55,324 bases of DNA from contig LWCA01000095.1 of the NCBI GenBank assembly GCA_001642005.1, positions 1 to 55,324 on the forward strand. Reading direction: 5' to 3'. Positions 37,335 through 55,324 of this stretch are shown here, piece after piece (the first letter of the stretch is position 1; each line of letters opens with the position of its first letter). The DNA is from Intoshia linei. Taxonomy: Eukaryota; Animalia; Orthonectida. A program made the position numbers and the translations under genes. Under the pieces are notes generated by a model. The model did no database searches, was not told where the DNA came from, and worked only from the letters and a program-made list of their open reading frames with translations.

Positions 37335-38571
37335 TGAAATTAACAAATTTTGCTTAAATTAAAATTAATATGAATTATATTTATAACATATGTGTTGATT
37401 TACTAATATGAGGGTTATCAATTTGACATGACACCAACAATTCTTCGCGAAATTTAAATAAAATAAAACGTCATTTAATTATAAAATGTAATATTTACAG
37501 TGGAATTCAAATTTCATATGTTTACATATCAAAATATTTTTATTTTCTAAAACAAAACATTATTTCTATAAATTAATAAATTCAATTTCAAAATATAATT
37601 TTTCTGTTATACTCATTTAGTTGTATGTGTTGTAGCAGATGCAGTTTGTTTTAGTCAGACTAAATACGTCCATTTTACAGGTATTATTTATTTTGCATTG
37701 TTGATTTAAATAGAAAAGACAATATGTTTAAATAATAAATATTTATTTTGAACTTCAATTTAATGTATACTCTTAAAATTATACTCGAATTTCTAATATT
37801 TTTCTGTAACATATCTAGGTTTCATTTTTATCATGTCACATGTTAAAATTACACATAATCAAACTATATTTTGTTTATTTATAAATTACCTTAATATAGT
37901 TCAAATTGTGATTTTGATATTTTATAAATTCGAATACTTTGTGCAAGTAAATTTATTATAATTTATGATTTAATAAATTTGTTAGATACAATTTAATCAT
38001 TTGTTAAGCTGGTTAATATATTTGATTAATTTGATAAATATGGCGCATTCAATAATCACTATTCTTTTATAATTTAAAATAATGTAAATAAAGATTACAT
38101 TTTAATCTAAAGATAACATAATATAAATAATTAATCCTTACATGCTAGTCCATACAATGTATGTTTCTTGATATTATACACTGTTAGATAATATTCTTAG
38201 GTAACATATCTTTTATCATTATTTACATCTAAATTTTATTTTATAAAATATGATCTTAATTAACAATAAATAAAATAATAATAGTAAAATAATAAATAGT
38301 GCCCAACTTAAATACAAAAACGTACATAATAATATAATAACATAACAAAATAACATAGTATAGTAAAATGTAGTATGTATTGCATAAAATATGATTAAGT
38401 TATATTATATCAATATTGCGCAGCTATATGAATTAACTCTAGCTGTATAGAATTAATTTGTGCAAATACATGTTAAGTTTCGTTACAAAGCAATTTAATA
38501 ATTCGCCTATTTTTATTTTCGTGTTATATGATTTTTATGAAAAATCCGATTTTTAAGAAGTTAGTTTAGAG

Positions 38572-39733
38572 CAGGAGTTCCCAAATTCATTTTTTCTACC
38601 TCCCCTTTATAACAATGTATTGTTTTAACGCCGCCTTGAAAAAATTATTTCTAACTCATTGAGTCATGAGTTATATGAGTAATTCTATTACTTTGTAGCT
38701 ATAGCTAAATAAGTAGATTAGTTGTAGTGATTAGTGGTTGATGGTTGTTAGTAAAATATTAATTATGTATCTAAAATATATTCATATCTAAGACATATTT
38801 TGATTATAAAAGTACTTTTTTGACTGTGAAGACGTCACTAAGTGAAATCAAAATTTATTGTGGGTAATATGTAAAGATAACTGTATGAACTGTAATTTTT
38901 TTTAATATTCTGGGACAATTTTCACCTTTTAAAAAAAGATTATTTGGGGTTTTGACCCTAAGATATATTTTTTTAAATTCTCCAACTCGTTTGATTTTTA
39001 AAAAAATTGGATAATTGGGGATTTTGACCGGTACGGCGTGAGTGTCGGAGGTCGAAATTTATCTTACTTTTTCCCGGAAATTCATCATTACACATTTTGT
39101 CTAATAAATTAAAAAAATGGAATAACAATTATTTTTAAAATTCTTTACGTAAATGTTAACACAACAAAATTAAGATAAATTAATTGACTTTAAAGTACAA
39201 AGTAATGTGATATGACGGTTCCACCTGAAAAATGTTTAAGAACCACTCCTTTAAAAGATTGATAATAGTGAATAGAAAAATTTTTAAATTAGATTTTCAA
39301 TGTGAGTGTCTTTTTTTGGTAGAATAAAGATGTGGCCTCGGCAGAGCTAGGTGCTGTTTGTACGTAGTACATAACAGTCAACCTAGTTTTGTATATTAAC
39401 GAAATTTTATCAAAAATAACGTCATGTTGGAATAGTATGCCAAATTGTTCTTCAGACCATGTTACTGATTACGGTTGAAAAATATTAGATGAAAAAATTA
39501 AAAAAACAATACAAATAAATATATAGACCAGGCAGGTGTTGTCAAACCAGTTTACCAAAATAAAATTATTGGTTTTCCAAATGAGTGGGAATAATTGACT
39601 ATTTTGCAATGTACTTTCTGTTATTTACTTAGCAGCTAGTACATTATAATGAATTTCATTTTTTTATGAAATTTTTTAGTCAAAATATTAAAAATAAAAA
39701 TTGTTTTTCGAGCACCTCAGTTAAGAAACACTG
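38572..39733. mobile_element. Cluster of hAT MITE ends and nested repeats
   Basis: Left end CAGGAGTTCCCAAA at 38572; right-type ends AAGAACCACTCC near 39250 and AAGAAACACTG ending at 39733. Pairing is ambiguous and TSDs do not match. Confidence 0.5.
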
Positions 39734-40801
39734 CTCTAACGCATGATTTTTTTTGGTTGTCATTAATTATTCTGTTTACTCAAAAAAAAATGTTTTTTGG
39801 ACACACTATTACTCTGAATCAAAAAATGACACTAAATAAAATAGACTACTAATTATGAATAAAAGATGAATATTTTTATATTTTTCTGTCCTTATGTAAT
39901 GATAATAATTATAAATTCTCAATTTTTGAAATTATGAGTGAAATTTTCACTGAAATATGTTATATTTGATAGTGATGAATTATTACAATTTTATAATTTA
40001 AAACATTGTTTTCAGACATGACAGAAATCTGATATATACTTGTATATATATTAGATTATATTGTAAATATTAATTACTATTTATTTATCTGATTTACATT
40101 ATTTGATTTAAAAGGTTTTAAACTCACTTTAATATAAAAAAAATTTACAAAAGCAAAAATATAAAAAAAGCTAAATTGTTTGTTAATAATCAATATTTTA
40201 TTAAAATGTACAGATAAAATTTAAGTTAGATATCCGATAATAAAATGGATACAAGCAGTACACAAAGAGTTGAAAAATAAAAAAAGTGAAATCAATATTC
40301 CTAGCCAAAATGTGTAAAAACTAAAACAAAAGGTCTAATAAATTTCAAAATTTATTAATGAAATTAATTTCATATATTAAACTACTTGAACAGTAAATTA
40401 AAAATTTATTGTGAATATATATTACAAATTAAAAATATTATGTGATGAAATCAATAGAAAGTACAATGTATCAAAATCAACTAATCGGATAAATTTAATT
40501 CAAATTCAAACTAAAATTGATTAAATGACTCATCTTTGCTTGATTCTGCACATCTAAATCGATAGTTGTAGCATAATCAATGTAAAATTTGATATTTAGC
40601 CGTTTGTTCCAATAATTCAAATTATTTATTGATATGTAATTTAGCGTTCAAATTTGTACTAGTTCACTGGCAAAGTATAAATTAGTTACGATTAAACTGT
40701 CTCATATTTTCATTGAAAATTATAATAGTTGAAAAATTAAAAAATTCAACATAACTTGGATTAAATTACCCATTACATAAATTTTTTCAATAATTAGTGG
40801 A

Positions 40802-55113
<14,312 letters not shown>

Positions 55114-55324
55114 TAGGCCTCACTGAAAAAAAAATCGAGCGAATTATAAAATAATGATAAAAACAATCATAGTGTATTTATTTTTTAGAATTAATGAGAC
55201 GGTTGAGCCTGACGACTCAGACAGAGTTTATTAATATTAAATACTAATGTAAGCTTTAATCGACATCTCCCCTTTTTGAAATTTGTAGTCTATTTTTTTG
55301 TCAGTAAGTCTAAAACTGCACTAA

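Overview
Very AT-rich eukaryotic (invertebrate animal) genomic DNA. Introns are bimodal: many are 35-45 nt GT-AG, a few are kb-sized and filled with transposons. This style resembles a compact parasite genome such as the orthonectid Intoshia (inference only). Five spliced genes can be assembled by hand. Four are on the minus strand: ANKUB1, V-ATPase subunit G, a very divergent and enlarged Raptor, and an ELF/E74-type ETS factor. The fifth, on the plus strand, is the sodium leak channel NALCN, which runs off the window end in repeat III. The rest is decayed DNA transposons: three Tc1-superfamily relics, several hAT MITEs with 8-bp target duplications, tiny pogo-like hairpin MITEs, a foldback-like family built on 29-30 bp repeats, and a modular dispersed repeat, often nested in one another. 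Best leads: (1) a Raptor that has lost the caspase-like His/Cys pair and gained an insertion with paired PP1-docking-like motifs (GVLK...KKVSF); (2) an NALCN fixed to an E-K-E pore with no room for the alternative repeat-II pore exon; (3) a strand-asymmetric pre-miRNA-like hairpin between ETS and NALCN. All homology calls are from remembered family motifs, not searches, and repeat boundaries are approximate unless a TSD is quoted.
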